Assembly (NCBI GenBank): GCA_963737655.1
Contig: CAVTTN010000002.1
Location: 4,544,001-4,608,000, forward strand
From: an uncultured Planctomycetota bacterium
GTDB taxonomy: Bacteria > Planctomycetota > Planctomycetia > Isosphaerales > Isosphaeraceae
Length of the DNA: 64,000 nucleotides
Direction: 5' to 3'
Each line of letters opens with the position of its first letter. The stretch's first letter is position 1. Shown here piece by piece: positions 1 through 10,100 of this stretch. The notes beneath the pieces were generated by a model. That model was not told the DNA's origin. It searched no databases and worked only from the letters and a program-made list of their open reading frames with translations. A program made the position numbers and the translations under genes.

Positions 1-498
1 GCGATCCTCGCGGCCATCGCCGGGGCCTTTGGGGCCTTGACGGCGATTGGCGGACCTGGGGGGATGGCGTTAACTCTCCTGGCGGCCTTCGGGGCGTTCG
101 CGTCGATCCAGTTCGTTCTGGGGCGATCGCTGAAGCTGATGGTCTGGGCCTTGTTGATGGGTGGGCTGGCCGACATCCTGATGATGATCGTCGTCCCGAT
201 CGTCTGGGCGGAGGTCGCGCCCATCCTCCCGCCGGAGCCGGGGGTGGCCATCGATGCGACCGAGATCCCCGCCCCGGCTCCGAAGCCCGTCGAGGGCGAC
301 GACGAGCCGGTCAACCCGGAGGGTAAAATCCTCAAGCCCTTGACGGAGCAAGTGGATACGGCGAGGATCTCGCTCGGGATCGCGCTCTTGCTAGCCGATG
401 CCATCGCCCTGGGGATCACCGCCTCGCCCGGGGTCCGGAGCCATTTTGACCATCACCGGAAGCATCGGATGGACCTGTCGCCCCTGATGCCCGATTGA
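1..498 (+). CDS. Membrane protein of unknown function (5'-truncated by window edge)
   Basis: Frame is open from base 1; several hydrophobic helices and a Pro/acidic linker. Confidence 0.75.
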   Translation, partial: AILAAIAGAFGALTAIGGPGGMALTLLAAFGAFASIQFVLGRSLKLMVWALLMGGLADILMMIVVPIVWAEVAPILPPEPGVAIDATEIPAPAPKPVEGDDEPVNPEGKILKPLTEQVDTARISLGIALLLADAIALGITASPGVRSHFDHHRKHRMDLSPLMPD

Positions 499-512
499 GC
501 GAGCCGATGGCC

Positions 513-1781
513 TCAGGCCGTGGCCGAGTCCAGCGGGCTTCGCCAGATGGGGGTCATGGGGAAGAGGATCCGGGCGGCGTCGATGGCCGTGGCGGTGGAC
601 GCCTCGACTCCGTCCTCGCTCACGGCGCGGTCGATCCCGGTATGGCCCAGGACCAGCCGGGTGAACGCGGCGGGGGAGAGCGTCAGGTGCCTCCGGCTCA
701 GCTTGTCGGGTTCGACCCTGGACCCAACCCCATCCACGTGAAGGAGATAGCGGCGGTCCTCGACGGTCAATCCCAGCTCGATCGGCGCGGCGCCGGGTGC
801 TTCGCCGGCTCGTCTCGCGAGTTCGGGGAGGATCGTTTCGAGGAACCGGCCGGGGTCGGGGATGTGGTACATGGAGGCCGTTCCCTCCCACTCCTCGTTG
901 TCGATCACCCGTCCGGCGGCCTGGCGGACCTCGTCCAGGGCCGGGTGGTCGTTCGGGGCGTGGATGACGACCTCGGGATAGGCCCGCTCCAGGGCCTCGG
1001 CGCGGACCCGGCCCAGAAGAGCTTTCAGGGCATGGGGATGCGCCGGGTCGCTGGCGATCTCCAGGACTTTGTGGTCCTTGACGAAGGCGTAGCCGCGGAC
1101 CGACTCTCCCTGGCAGGCGACCCAGATCACGTGAGCGTACCGCCGGCCGATGATCCATCGCCAGTAATCTTCCGAACGCATGACGGTGCCGGTGGTTCGG
1201 GCGAACTGACGATCGTACAGGTCCATCAGGTCGTTGAGCTCGACCTGCCGCCAGGGGCGGACGTGCCAGGCCCCTCCCTTGACTTCCAGGAGGCCGTCGC
1301 CGGAGGACGGGAGGTTGCGGCTGAGGATCAGGCCCACGCTCTGCCTCCCGCAAACCCCCCAGCCTAACGGGCGGTAGAAGCGGGGCATGCCGGTGGTCAG
1401 GGCCTGGACGACGGTGCCGTTCTCCCGGGCCCGGCCGTCGGCCAGCCTCAGGAGGTTCTGGGCGAACCCCAGCCCTCGGTATTCCGGCAGGGTGCCGACC
1501 CACATCACCCCGTTCATGGCCATCTGCACCCCTCCGTAGCGGATCATCCGCTCGGTCAGGTGAACATGGCTGACGACCCGGCTCTCGACCTTCGCCAGCA
1601 ATCGCTGATCGGGGCGATAGGCCGGATCGCTCAGGGCGCCGAGGAACGAATCCCGGTCCGGGCCGTGGAAGACGTGCAGGAGGTTCTGATAGACCGCTTC
1701 ATGATCGGCCTCGGTCCCCGCGCAGAACTCGACCGATCCGCGACGATAGGGAAGCCGGGCGACCGGCGGAGAGGCTTTCAT
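513..1781 (-). CDS. Eis-like GNAT acetyltransferase (tandem GNAT plus SCP2-like C-terminus)
   Basis: VGTLPEYRGLGFAQNLL acetyl-CoA motif, FYRPLGW, second GNAT repeat, C-terminal LTLSPAAFTRLVLG; start taken at MKASPP. Confidence 0.85.
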   Translation of the reverse strand: MKASPPVARLPYRRGSVEFCAGTEADHEAVYQNLLHVFHGPDRDSFLGALSDPAYRPDQRLLAKVESRVVSHVHLTERMIRYGGVQMAMNGVMWVGTLPEYRGLGFAQNLLRLADGRARENGTVVQALTTGMPRFYRPLGWGVCGRQSVGLILSRNLPSSGDGLLEVKGGAWHVRPWRQVELNDLMDLYDRQFARTTGTVMRSEDYWRWIIGRRYAHVIWVACQGESVRGYAFVKDHKVLEIASDPAHPHALKALLGRVRAEALERAYPEVVIHAPNDHPALDEVRQAAGRVIDNEEWEGTASMYHIPDPGRFLETILPELARRAGEAPGAAPIELGLTVEDRRYLLHVDGVGSRVEPDKLSRRHLTLSPAAFTRLVLGHTGIDRAVSEDGVEASTATAIDAARILFPMTPIWRSPLDSATA

Positions 1782-1903
1782 CGGGGCGGACACCTTGATT
1801 CCGACCGGGTGAGGCGGGTCGGTCGATCGGGACGACGGGCCGAGTCCATTTCTTATTCTAGGGGAACCGGGATCGCGTCGCCGCAACCCTGTGGGCGTTC
1901 TTC

Positions 1904-3523
1904 TCATTTTTTTGGGGAGAGGTCCAGGCCCGGCACCGCCCGGGCGATCGCGGCCCGGAGCCTCCGGCCCGAATGGACCGGGAATCCCCATTCGCGGCCC
2001 ATCGCAAGTGCGTTCCTCTTCTCGACTTCCATCTCCAGGAGCCGCTCCTCGCGGGCCGCCTGGCGGAGACCTTCAACCGCCGGCAGCAGCGCGGCATTCT
2101 CCCGGCGGATTGCATGATAGCGCGCAACGCGCTGGCGGTGGGTCTCCTGGGGAAGGCCCACCGCCTGCCGCTTCGCCTCGATCGCCCGGACGATCTCCGG
2201 GGCTCGCGAGTCGGCGAGGAAGCGGTCGGGGTTGTACTCCAGGGTCCGCAGCCGACGATCCAGGCGTCTCCGCCGCGAGGCCGCCTCCGGGTCCGCCTCG
2301 ACCCCGAGCCAGGAGGTCAGCGAGAGCGTCAGGAACTTCGGCGGCTCGAGCCCGAAGAACCCCCGGACGATCTCGTCCCCCAACTCGTCGTATTTCGCCC
2401 CGCCGATCCCGTGCAGGAACAGGTCCCCCAGCAACAGCCGGGCGAACATCGTCGTGGTCAAGGCCCGGGTGCGGATGCGGACGCCCTGCTCGGCCAGCTC
2501 CTCGAGCCGTTCGACGGCGCAACACGCATCCCGGTCGGGAGATAGGGGCAACGTGGCGAACGGTTCGGCCTCGCCGGCGACCCTCAGGGCCATCGATCGC
2601 AGATCCTGCCGGACCATCAACGGCCGACGCCTGGGGAGGGCCTTCCTCCAGACCCACAACGGCGCTTCGAGCCAGTCCCCTTCCCGATCGAGGGCCGCGA
2701 CCGGGTGGTTCTTGCTCCGAATGCCGTAGAGATCTCGATAGCGATCGAGCGCCTCGTTGTGAACCTGGCGAAAGCGGGGGAGATGGGCGAGCAAATGGCT
2801 GGCGAACCAGCCGAACGCCTCGGTCTCGCAGACGGCCCCGAGCGGGACCTCCCAGTTCGCCACGCCCCACGAGTTTTCCAGCCCCCGGCGGGCCGAGGCG
2901 AGCCGGAAGCCCACGCGGTCGGTCGCGTCCCGGGAGGCCAGGGCCAGGGGCCAGGCCGGGTCGATCAAGGGATCGTCGACCAGGCCGCCGAGGGCCTGGC
3001 GGACCCGGTCGCCGAAGCTCTGGAACAGGTCTTCTCGCGAAACGGCCCAGTCTTCGTAAGGGATCTCGCCGGCCCATTCGTCGAACTCGACGAGCGAGGC
3101 CGCCAGCTCGCCTCCGCGACGATGGGGGACTCTCAGCGACGAGCCCTTGGGGATGTCGTTATCGACGATCAGGTTCAAAGCCACGTCGCCGTTTCGACTT
3201 GCGACGGCGTGGGTGGCGAAGTTCTTGACCCAGACGCCGGGATGGAACAGCTCGGGCTGGTGGCCGGTGACGATCCATCGGGCGTCCTTGGCCGGCTCGG
3301 GCGGGAGGGTGGCCCCGAAGCGTCCGAGGAACGATCGGGCGAGGGCGAGGACCTGGCTCCGGGCCATGGCGCGAAGCCGACCGGCCTTCCGGCCCTGGAA
3401 ATCGTGGTCCCAGGAGGCGAGTCGGTCGAGGTTCTCGGCAATGGTGGCGGGGGCCGATTCCCACGGAGGATCGGCCAGGACGCCGCCGTCCTGGCGAGGC
3501 GCCCGGAGGCTGTGGGGCTCCAT
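1904..3523 (-). CDS. Conserved hypothetical protein, distant BshC-like (putative ligase)
   Basis: IVTGHQPELFHPGVWVK and FLHGIGGAKYD motifs plus a coiled-coil near the C-terminus; ATG overlaps the GT2 stop (TGATG). Confidence 0.65.
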   Translation of the reverse strand: MEPHSLRAPRQDGGVLADPPWESAPATIAENLDRLASWDHDFQGRKAGRLRAMARSQVLALARSFLGRFGATLPPEPAKDARWIVTGHQPELFHPGVWVKNFATHAVASRNGDVALNLIVDNDIPKGSSLRVPHRRGGELAASLVEFDEWAGEIPYEDWAVSREDLFQSFGDRVRQALGGLVDDPLIDPAWPLALASRDATDRVGFRLASARRGLENSWGVANWEVPLGAVCETEAFGWFASHLLAHLPRFRQVHNEALDRYRDLYGIRSKNHPVAALDREGDWLEAPLWVWRKALPRRRPLMVRQDLRSMALRVAGEAEPFATLPLSPDRDACCAVERLEELAEQGVRIRTRALTTTMFARLLLGDLFLHGIGGAKYDELGDEIVRGFFGLEPPKFLTLSLTSWLGVEADPEAASRRRRLDRRLRTLEYNPDRFLADSRAPEIVRAIEAKRQAVGLPQETHRQRVARYHAIRRENAALLPAVEGLRQAAREERLLEMEVEKRNALAMGREWGFPVHSGRRLRAAIARAVPGLDLSPKK

Positions 3524-4251
3524 CAAGACTGTCCCCCCGCCGCCGGTTTGTCCCGTTCCAGCCCGCTTTCCCGGATCGCCGCCTCGAAGACGGACCGATA
3601 GTGATTCAGGCGGTACTCGGCGTTGTCCAGGGCCCCGCCGAACGCCCGGTTCTCGTCGAGATAAATCAACGGGACCGGCACCTCGACGATCGTCATCCCC
3701 GCCGCGACGGCCTGGACCCAGACTTGAAGGGGCATGGCATACCCGTCGTCGGTGATGTGGAACTTCGCCAGGGCGGAGGCCCGGTACGCCTTGAACCCGC
3801 AGAACGCATCGGTCAAATTCAGGCCCAGCCGCTCGTTCACCCAGGAGGTAACCTGGACGTTGATCCGCCTCCGGGCCTCGGGAGGGGCCTGGCTCGGGTC
3901 GAAGACCTTGAGGTAGCGGCTCCCGGAGACGATGTCGAACCGATCCAGGGGGGCGGCGACCTCGGGGATCATCCGGGGCTCGTGCTGGCCGTCGCAATCC
4001 AGCGTGACCAGGCCGTCATAGCCGTGTTCCAGGGTGAACCGGAACGCGCTTTGCAGGCCCGCGCCGTAGCCGCGATTCTTCGGGTGGCGGATCACCCGGA
4101 CGTCGGGGAACTGGCGGAGGCGATCGGGCGTGCCGTCGGTCGAGCCGTCATCGACGACCAGGACGTCGCCGGCGAATTTCTGGACCTCGCGGAGGACCGG
4201 CTCCAGGTGGGCCTCTTCGTTGAACACGGGGATCGCGGTCAGGACACGCAT
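3523..4251 (-). CDS. Glycosyltransferase family 2 (DPM1-like)
   Basis: IPVFNEE, VVDDGSTDGT, NRGYGAG, LDCDGQHEP, VSGSRY, DAFCGFKAYR. Confidence 0.92.
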   Translation of the reverse strand: MRVLTAIPVFNEEAHLEPVLREVQKFAGDVLVVDDGSTDGTPDRLRQFPDVRVIRHPKNRGYGAGLQSAFRFTLEHGYDGLVTLDCDGQHEPRMIPEVAAPLDRFDIVSGSRYLKVFDPSQAPPEARRRINVQVTSWVNERLGLNLTDAFCGFKAYRASALAKFHITDDGYAMPLQVWVQAVAAGMTIVEVPVPLIYLDENRAFGGALDNAEYRLNHYRSVFEAAIRESGLERDKPAAGGQS

Positions 4252-4329
4252 GGGGGATCGAGTCCCGGGGGGATGTGCGAATCATGAAGGCGCCGTGGGC
4301 ACCCCGTGTGCATCTTCCAGGCCAGCGGC

Positions 4330-4335
4330 ATTCTA
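4330..4335 (-). promoter_or_regulatory. Candidate sigma70 -10 box (TAGAAT) for the GT2 operon
   Basis: ATTCTA on the + strand about 80 bp upstream of the GT2 start; a rare hexamer at this GC content. Confidence 0.4.
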
Positions 4336-4485
4336 GTCGGGGGGAAAGCGGAGTCAACGCGGAGGAAGCCGTCGGGTTGCGGGGGTTGAGCAGAGGGCAG
4401 TGGGCAAGGCCGCCGGGCGCGTGTATGCTGAGACGGCGGAACGTCTTCGGCGGGCGTTCGAGGCGTTCAATCGGGGGACGCACTT

Positions 4486-5493
4486 GTGATCGGCCGAGTC
4501 GTGATCACCCGGGCGATTCCCGAGCCGGGGCCCTCCATGCTCCGCGAGGGGGGCGCGGACGTCGTCGCCCGGTCCGAGGACTCCTCCCTCGATCCGCCGG
4601 GCCTGTGCGAGCTCGTCGCCGGGGCCGACGCGGTGCTTTGCTTGCTGACCGACCGGATCGATTCGCGGGTCCTGGACGCCGCCCGGGGCTGCCGGGTGGT
4701 GGCGAACATGGCCGTGGGCTTCAATAACATCGACGTGGCCGCCGCGACCGATCGGGGAATCCTCGTCACCAACACTCCGGGCGTCCTGACCGATTGCACG
4801 GCCGACCTGGCGTTCGCCCTGATCCTGGGCGTGGCCCGGCGGATGGCCGAGGGCGACCGCGAGATGAGGGCGGGCCGGTTCCCCGGCTGGGGGCCGCTCT
4901 ACATGCTCGGAGGCGAGGTGACCGGGGCCACGCTCGGGCTGGTCGGCCCGGGGCGGATCGCCTCGGCCGTGGCGAGGCGGGCCGCCGGCTTCGCCATGGA
5001 CCTGCTGTATACCGGGAGGCGGGACAGCCCCGAGCTCGACGCCCTGGGCGCCCGCCACGTGCCCCTCGACGAGCTGCTCGCCCGGAGCGACTTCGTCAGC
5101 CTCCACGTCCCGCTGACCGACTCGACCCGCCACCTGATCGACGCCCGGGCCCTGGCCCGGATGAAGCGCTCGGCCTACTTGATCAACACGTCGAGGGGGC
5201 CGGTCGTGGACGAGGCCGCCCTGGTGGCCGCCCTGAAGGCCGGGACGATCGCCGGGGCCGGGCTGGACGTGTACGAGGACGAGCCGAGGATGGCCGAGGG
5301 GCTGGCCGATTGCCCCAACACGGTGCTCCTGCCGCATTTAGGAAGCGCCACGATCGCCACGAGAGCGGCGATGTCCCGGATCGCGGCGGGGAACGTCCTG
5401 GCGGTCCTCCAGGGACGGACGCCGCCGAACCCCGTCAACCCCGAACTGCTCGCGGATCGGACCACCCCCCGGGCCCGGCCCGCTTCCGCCTGA
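4486..5493 (+). CDS. D-2-hydroxyacid dehydrogenase (glyoxylate/hydroxypyruvate reductase type)
   Basis: AVGFNNID, TNTPGVLT, GPGRIA, INTSRGPVVDE, LDVYEDEP, LPHLGSAT. Confidence 0.92.
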   Translation: MIGRVVITRAIPEPGPSMLREGGADVVARSEDSSLDPPGLCELVAGADAVLCLLTDRIDSRVLDAARGCRVVANMAVGFNNIDVAAATDRGILVTNTPGVLTDCTADLAFALILGVARRMAEGDREMRAGRFPGWGPLYMLGGEVTGATLGLVGPGRIASAVARRAAGFAMDLLYTGRRDSPELDALGARHVPLDELLARSDFVSLHVPLTDSTRHLIDARALARMKRSAYLINTSRGPVVDEAALVAALKAGTIAGAGLDVYEDEPRMAEGLADCPNTVLLPHLGSATIATRAAMSRIAAGNVLAVLQGRTPPNPVNPELLADRTTPRARPASA

Positions 5494-5539
5494 TCGGACC
5501 GGGCCGAGCCCGGACGGCCGACTCACCCCCCGAGGTCGC

Positions 5540-7030
5540 ATGGGCGTCTTGAAGTTCCGACTGACCCCGCCCGACCTGGCCTCCCGCCTGCCGGGGCTCC
5601 GCAAGGCGTATGTGACCGGGCTGGACCGCACTCCCGGCCGCTCCTCGGTGGAGATCAAGCCCGGGGTGATGGCCGTCCATCGCGAGTCGCCCGAGAGCGG
5701 CCGTCTGTTCGTCCCCTGGCCGATCGCCGGGTTCGGCGAGCCGATCGTCGGCACGGCCACCCTGGCCGAGAGGGCCGTGGTGTACGACCTGGCCGTGGAG
5801 CTCGCCCGGGGGAAGCTCAATGACGTCCGCAATCAGACGTCCGACTGGCGGCAGATGGGCCTGCCCATCCCCGCTCAGGTCGAGGCCCTCCTGGGACGGT
5901 CCCAGGCGGCCTTCGCCCGGGCGGCGACCTCGCGAGAGGCCCCCGAGGACGCCCTGAAAGCCTCGGCCCAGAGCCTGGAGGCCGCCAGCGGGGCCGCCCG
6001 GGGGCTGGTCGAGGCCTACACCGCCGAGGTCCTCTCCCGGCGCCGCGATCATTCGGCGAAGCTCCCCACGCTGCTGGTCTGCGGACTGGACGGCGCGACC
6101 CGGGGCGCCCCGTGGCTCGACCCCCTGGCCGACGCCTTCAACGCCGCGAGGCTCCGCCTGACCTGGAACCGCGTCGCCCCCGACGAGGGCAAGCATCGCT
6201 GGGACGAGCCCGACGCCCAGCTCGCCTGGGCCCGCAAGAAGGGCCTGACCGTGACCGCCGGCCCCTTGATCGAGTTCCGCAAGGGGGCCCTGCCCGACTG
6301 GCTCTGGCTCTGGGACGGCGATTTCGAGGAGATCCAGTCCCAGGCCCTCGATTATGTCAAGGCCGCCGTCACGCGGTACAAGGGGAAGGTGGCCATCTGG
6401 CACATCGCCCATCGCGTGGCCGAGGGGGACGTCCTGGGGATGGCCGAGGAAGAGCAGGTCCGCCTCACGGCCGGCCTCCTCCAGGCCGCCCGCCGGATCG
6501 ACCCGAACGCCGAGTTCGTCGTCGATTTCGATCGGCCCTGGGGCGAGTGGATGGCCACCAGCGCATTCCAGCTCGGCCCTCTGCACCTGGCCGACTCGCT
6601 GGCCCGGGCGGAGATCGGCCTCGGGGGCGTGGGCCTGGAGATCGCCCCGGGGTTCTCCTCGCCGGGCGGCCATCTCCGCGACCTGCTCGACTTCTCCCGG
6701 CTCCTGGACCTCTTCTCGCTGGTGAACTTGCCCGTGCACGTCTCGATCGCCATGCCCTCGGCCGCCGGGCCCGACCCGAAAGTGGAGACCGGCGTGACCG
6801 TCGAGGCCCACCAGTGGCCCCGACCGCCCGACGAGGCCCTCCAGCGCGAATGGGGGGCCGCCTGGATGGCCCTGGCGGTGGCCAAGCCGTTCGTCCGCAG
6901 CGTGACCTGGCTCCAGGCCGGCGACGCCGCCCCCCACCTCTACCCCCACGCCGGACTCGTCCGACCCGACGGCAAGCCCAAGCCCCTCTTCGACTGGATC
7001 AAGAAGTTCCGGGGCGAATACTTGAGTTGA
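5540..7030 (+). CDS. GH10-like TIM-barrel protein, catalytic glutamates apparently absent
   Basis: FNAARLRLTW..VAPDEG..W...D....WA, LPDWL and RYKGKVAIW match the GH10 pattern. Confidence 0.7.
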   Translation: MGVLKFRLTPPDLASRLPGLRKAYVTGLDRTPGRSSVEIKPGVMAVHRESPESGRLFVPWPIAGFGEPIVGTATLAERAVVYDLAVELARGKLNDVRNQTSDWRQMGLPIPAQVEALLGRSQAAFARAATSREAPEDALKASAQSLEAASGAARGLVEAYTAEVLSRRRDHSAKLPTLLVCGLDGATRGAPWLDPLADAFNAARLRLTWNRVAPDEGKHRWDEPDAQLAWARKKGLTVTAGPLIEFRKGALPDWLWLWDGDFEEIQSQALDYVKAAVTRYKGKVAIWHIAHRVAEGDVLGMAEEEQVRLTAGLLQAARRIDPNAEFVVDFDRPWGEWMATSAFQLGPLHLADSLARAEIGLGGVGLEIAPGFSSPGGHLRDLLDFSRLLDLFSLVNLPVHVSIAMPSAAGPDPKVETGVTVEAHQWPRPPDEALQREWGAAWMALAVAKPFVRSVTWLQAGDAAPHLYPHAGLVRPDGKPKPLFDWIKKFRGEYLS

Positions 7031-7051
7031 GGATCGGGCGCATCCGCTTTT

Positions 7052-7187
7052 GTAGGGTGCATGAAATGCACCAGCCACGCGGCGCCCAACGCCCGCCTTC
7101 CGCGTTCCCACCCCCACCAATCGGCAACGGGGAGAATGGAGGGCGGGCGTGGCCCGCCGCGTGGTTGGTGCATTTCATGCACCCGAC
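7052..7187. repeat. REP doublet (GTAGGGTGCATGAAATGCACC family)
   Basis: GTAGGGTGCATGAAATGCACCAGCCACGCGGCG ... CGCCGCGTGGTTGGTGCATTTCATGCACCCGAC inverted arms between convergent genes. Confidence 0.85.
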
Positions 7188-10100
7188 TTGGCTTCGGGCT
7201 TCGCCTCCTCGGTCGCGCCGGGGATCGGCACTTTGAGCTTCTTGAGGTAGTCTTCCAGGAGGGGACGCAGGGGGAGCTTCGGGTCCACTTCCAGGGCCTT
7301 GACGAAGTTCTTGCCGGCCTCCACCGGCTGGCCCGATTCGAGGAGGCAGAGGCCCAGCTCGGCGAGCCATTCGGCCTCGGTCTCGACCAGTCCCGACTGG
7401 CCCGGCAGGCCCGAGACTTCCAGGATCTCCCGGATCGCCGGGGCCTCCTGGCCCACCATCACCTGGCGGCCGGCGGTGAGCACCTGGCTGGCGATCGTGT
7501 ACCGGATCGCGGGGATCGCCTGGTCCCTCATCAGGGCCACGGCATCGCCGTAATAGCCCAGGAGGATCTCCACCTCGGCGATCCGGTAGGCCGCCGTCCC
7601 CGGCCCGTTGGACAGCGCCGGGTCGTTGACCTGGCGGCCGATCAGCCGCTCGTTGGCCTTGTCCGGCTGGCCGGTCCGGAGGTACAGGTCGATCAGGCTG
7701 CCCAGGACGGCGTCGGCATTGACCCCCTGGCCCTCGGCGTCCTCCAGCTCGGTCAGGGCGATCCCGGGGAACCCGGCGGACAGGGCGCGTTGGGCCCGTT
7801 GGATCGGGTCGATGTTGGTCTCGGCGCTGGCGGCCTCCATGTCGCTCTTGAACCGGCCGATGCCCTCGTCCAGCGCCTCGATCCTCTGGAGTTCCTCGCG
7901 GGGGAATTCGGCGGCGCCGACGAGGTCTCGGGCGCTGACCAGCGCGTTGCGTTCCAGGTCGGCCCCGCCGTCGGCCCGGTACAGGAGGGCCAGCCGGTAG
8001 TACTTGTCCGCCAGGACCTTGCGCTCGTCACTGTTCCTCGGCGGCGGGTTGGTCTGGATCGAGAAATTCAGGGCCGCGGCCCTCTGCCGCTGGCGAAAGG
8101 CCATGAACTCCGCCGGCCGACGGGTCGCCTTGTTGGAGAGGACCAGCGCCTCATCCTGGAGGAGGAAGTCATAGGCCCGATCCAGGACGTAATAGGCGTC
8201 GGACTCGTCCGGGTTGAAATGCAGGGCGGTCCTCGCCTCGCGGATGGCCATGTAGCAGTGGGCCGCGTCGGGCCTCACGCCCACCCCCGGCCCGATCCCG
8301 TTGGCCAGCCACCGATAGGCCGCCGAGAGGTGCGGCTGAGGCGGCGCCAACGACCTCGTGCGGATGATCCGGTCGATGAACGTCGAGGCCGAGGGGGTCC
8401 GGTCGGGCACCTTGAGCAACTGCGTCTTCTTGTACACCAGGTCGGCCGCGTCCAGCCGGTTCTCCCGGAAGAACGCGAGGTCCTCGGGCTTCGCGTCGGC
8501 CCGGCCGAACAGGACGGTCCGGCCGTCGTCCCTCAGCGCGATCCAGTTCGTGCTGGTCCTCATCGCCTCGTAGATCGGGCCGTTCTCACGGGGCGAGAAC
8601 AGGACGACGGTGGCTTCGTATTTGTCCAGGATCGGCCGCCATTGTTCGGGCTTCTCGACCATCCTCCGCGCGGTCGGGTCGCTGAGGTCCTCGACGAAGG
8701 CCGAGCGGAACTGGTCCAGGTCGTGGCGGACCCCGTCATCGGGCAGCCCCCGACGCCGGTCCACGAACGTCTTGCGGATCGGGTAGGCCCGCCAGATCAT
8801 GGCGTCGCCCTGCTGCTCGCCCAGGTTGAAGACCCGGCCCTTGAACCCGGCGGTCCTCAGGTAGTCGGCCGCCTCGAAGTCGAACGCCGAGGGGTCCGCG
8901 CCGAAGCCGAACGTCGAGCGGTTCGTGCCGGCCTCGTAGCCGAACCCGGTCAGGGCCCGCGACATCGTCAGGAACAGGAAGAGGATCGTGATCGCCCGGC
9001 CGCCGACGGACCAGGCCGTCCACCCCGAGGACGTCCGACCCTGAACCCCGTAATGATCCTGATACCACTCCTGGCCGTTCCGCCCGACGGAATAGGCGAA
9101 GATCACGGCGAACTCGCCGGTCAACCGGGCCAGGCCGCCCCAGGCCAGCGCCGCCACCAGATACGCGGCCAGCCGGGCCGGAGACAACCTCCGACGATTC
9201 AAGACAAAACTGGCCAACCCGATCGCCACGATCACCAGGTAATACCACAATCGGAGCCAGGGGGCGTTCAGGTCGCCGCCGCTGGCGAACAGCGAGAAGC
9301 TTTTCTTGCCAAAAAAGGCGACCTGATCGGGGGCCATCGATCCCGAATCGCTGCCGAAGACGACCGAGAACATGGTCACGAAGGGGGAGGCCCCCGCCCC
9401 GTAGATCCTCCAGAGGGACGGATTGAGGATCGGGGCGACCCACGACGCGGCGATCACCCCCAGGACCACCCCCGGAGACGGCGCCGGATCGTCCCTGGCC
9501 CGACTGCGGGGGATCAACGACGCGCCCAGGGCCGCCGTCGTCACCAGCAGGCCGAAGAAGAACGAATCGTCGAGGTTCGCCCAGAGGAGGAACAGCGCGG
9601 GCAAGGCATAAAGCGCCTTGTTTCGGCCCTCCTCGGCGCCTCGGGCGATCAGCAGGGCCATCCCGGCGAGCAGGAGGATGCCGAAGCTCTCGGGCCCGAC
9701 CTGGGTCTGTCGGGCGATCCCGCCCAGGGCCAGCTCCAGTTGCTCGCCCATCCGGTCCGAGTAGAACGGCCCGATCACCCCGCCCATCGCGACGGCCAGG
9801 ACCACGACCCACCACCAGAGCCCCGGCCCTCGCCGCCTGAGGCCCAGCAGCAGGACCGCCGTGGCGACCCGGACGATCGCGTTGATGGCCACGAGCAGGC
9901 CGGCGCCGATCGCCGAGATCGCCACGTTCGGTTCCGTCGGGAACGCGCCGTAGACCAGGCTCGCCCCCACCTCGTACAGCCACGGGACGTTCACCCAGGG
10001 CTGGCCCGCCCGCGAGTACGAGAACGGGTCGGTCGTCGTGGCCAACGGGCCCTTCTTGAGGATCAGCTCGCCGGCCTTGAGCTGGGGCCAGAGCTGCGAG

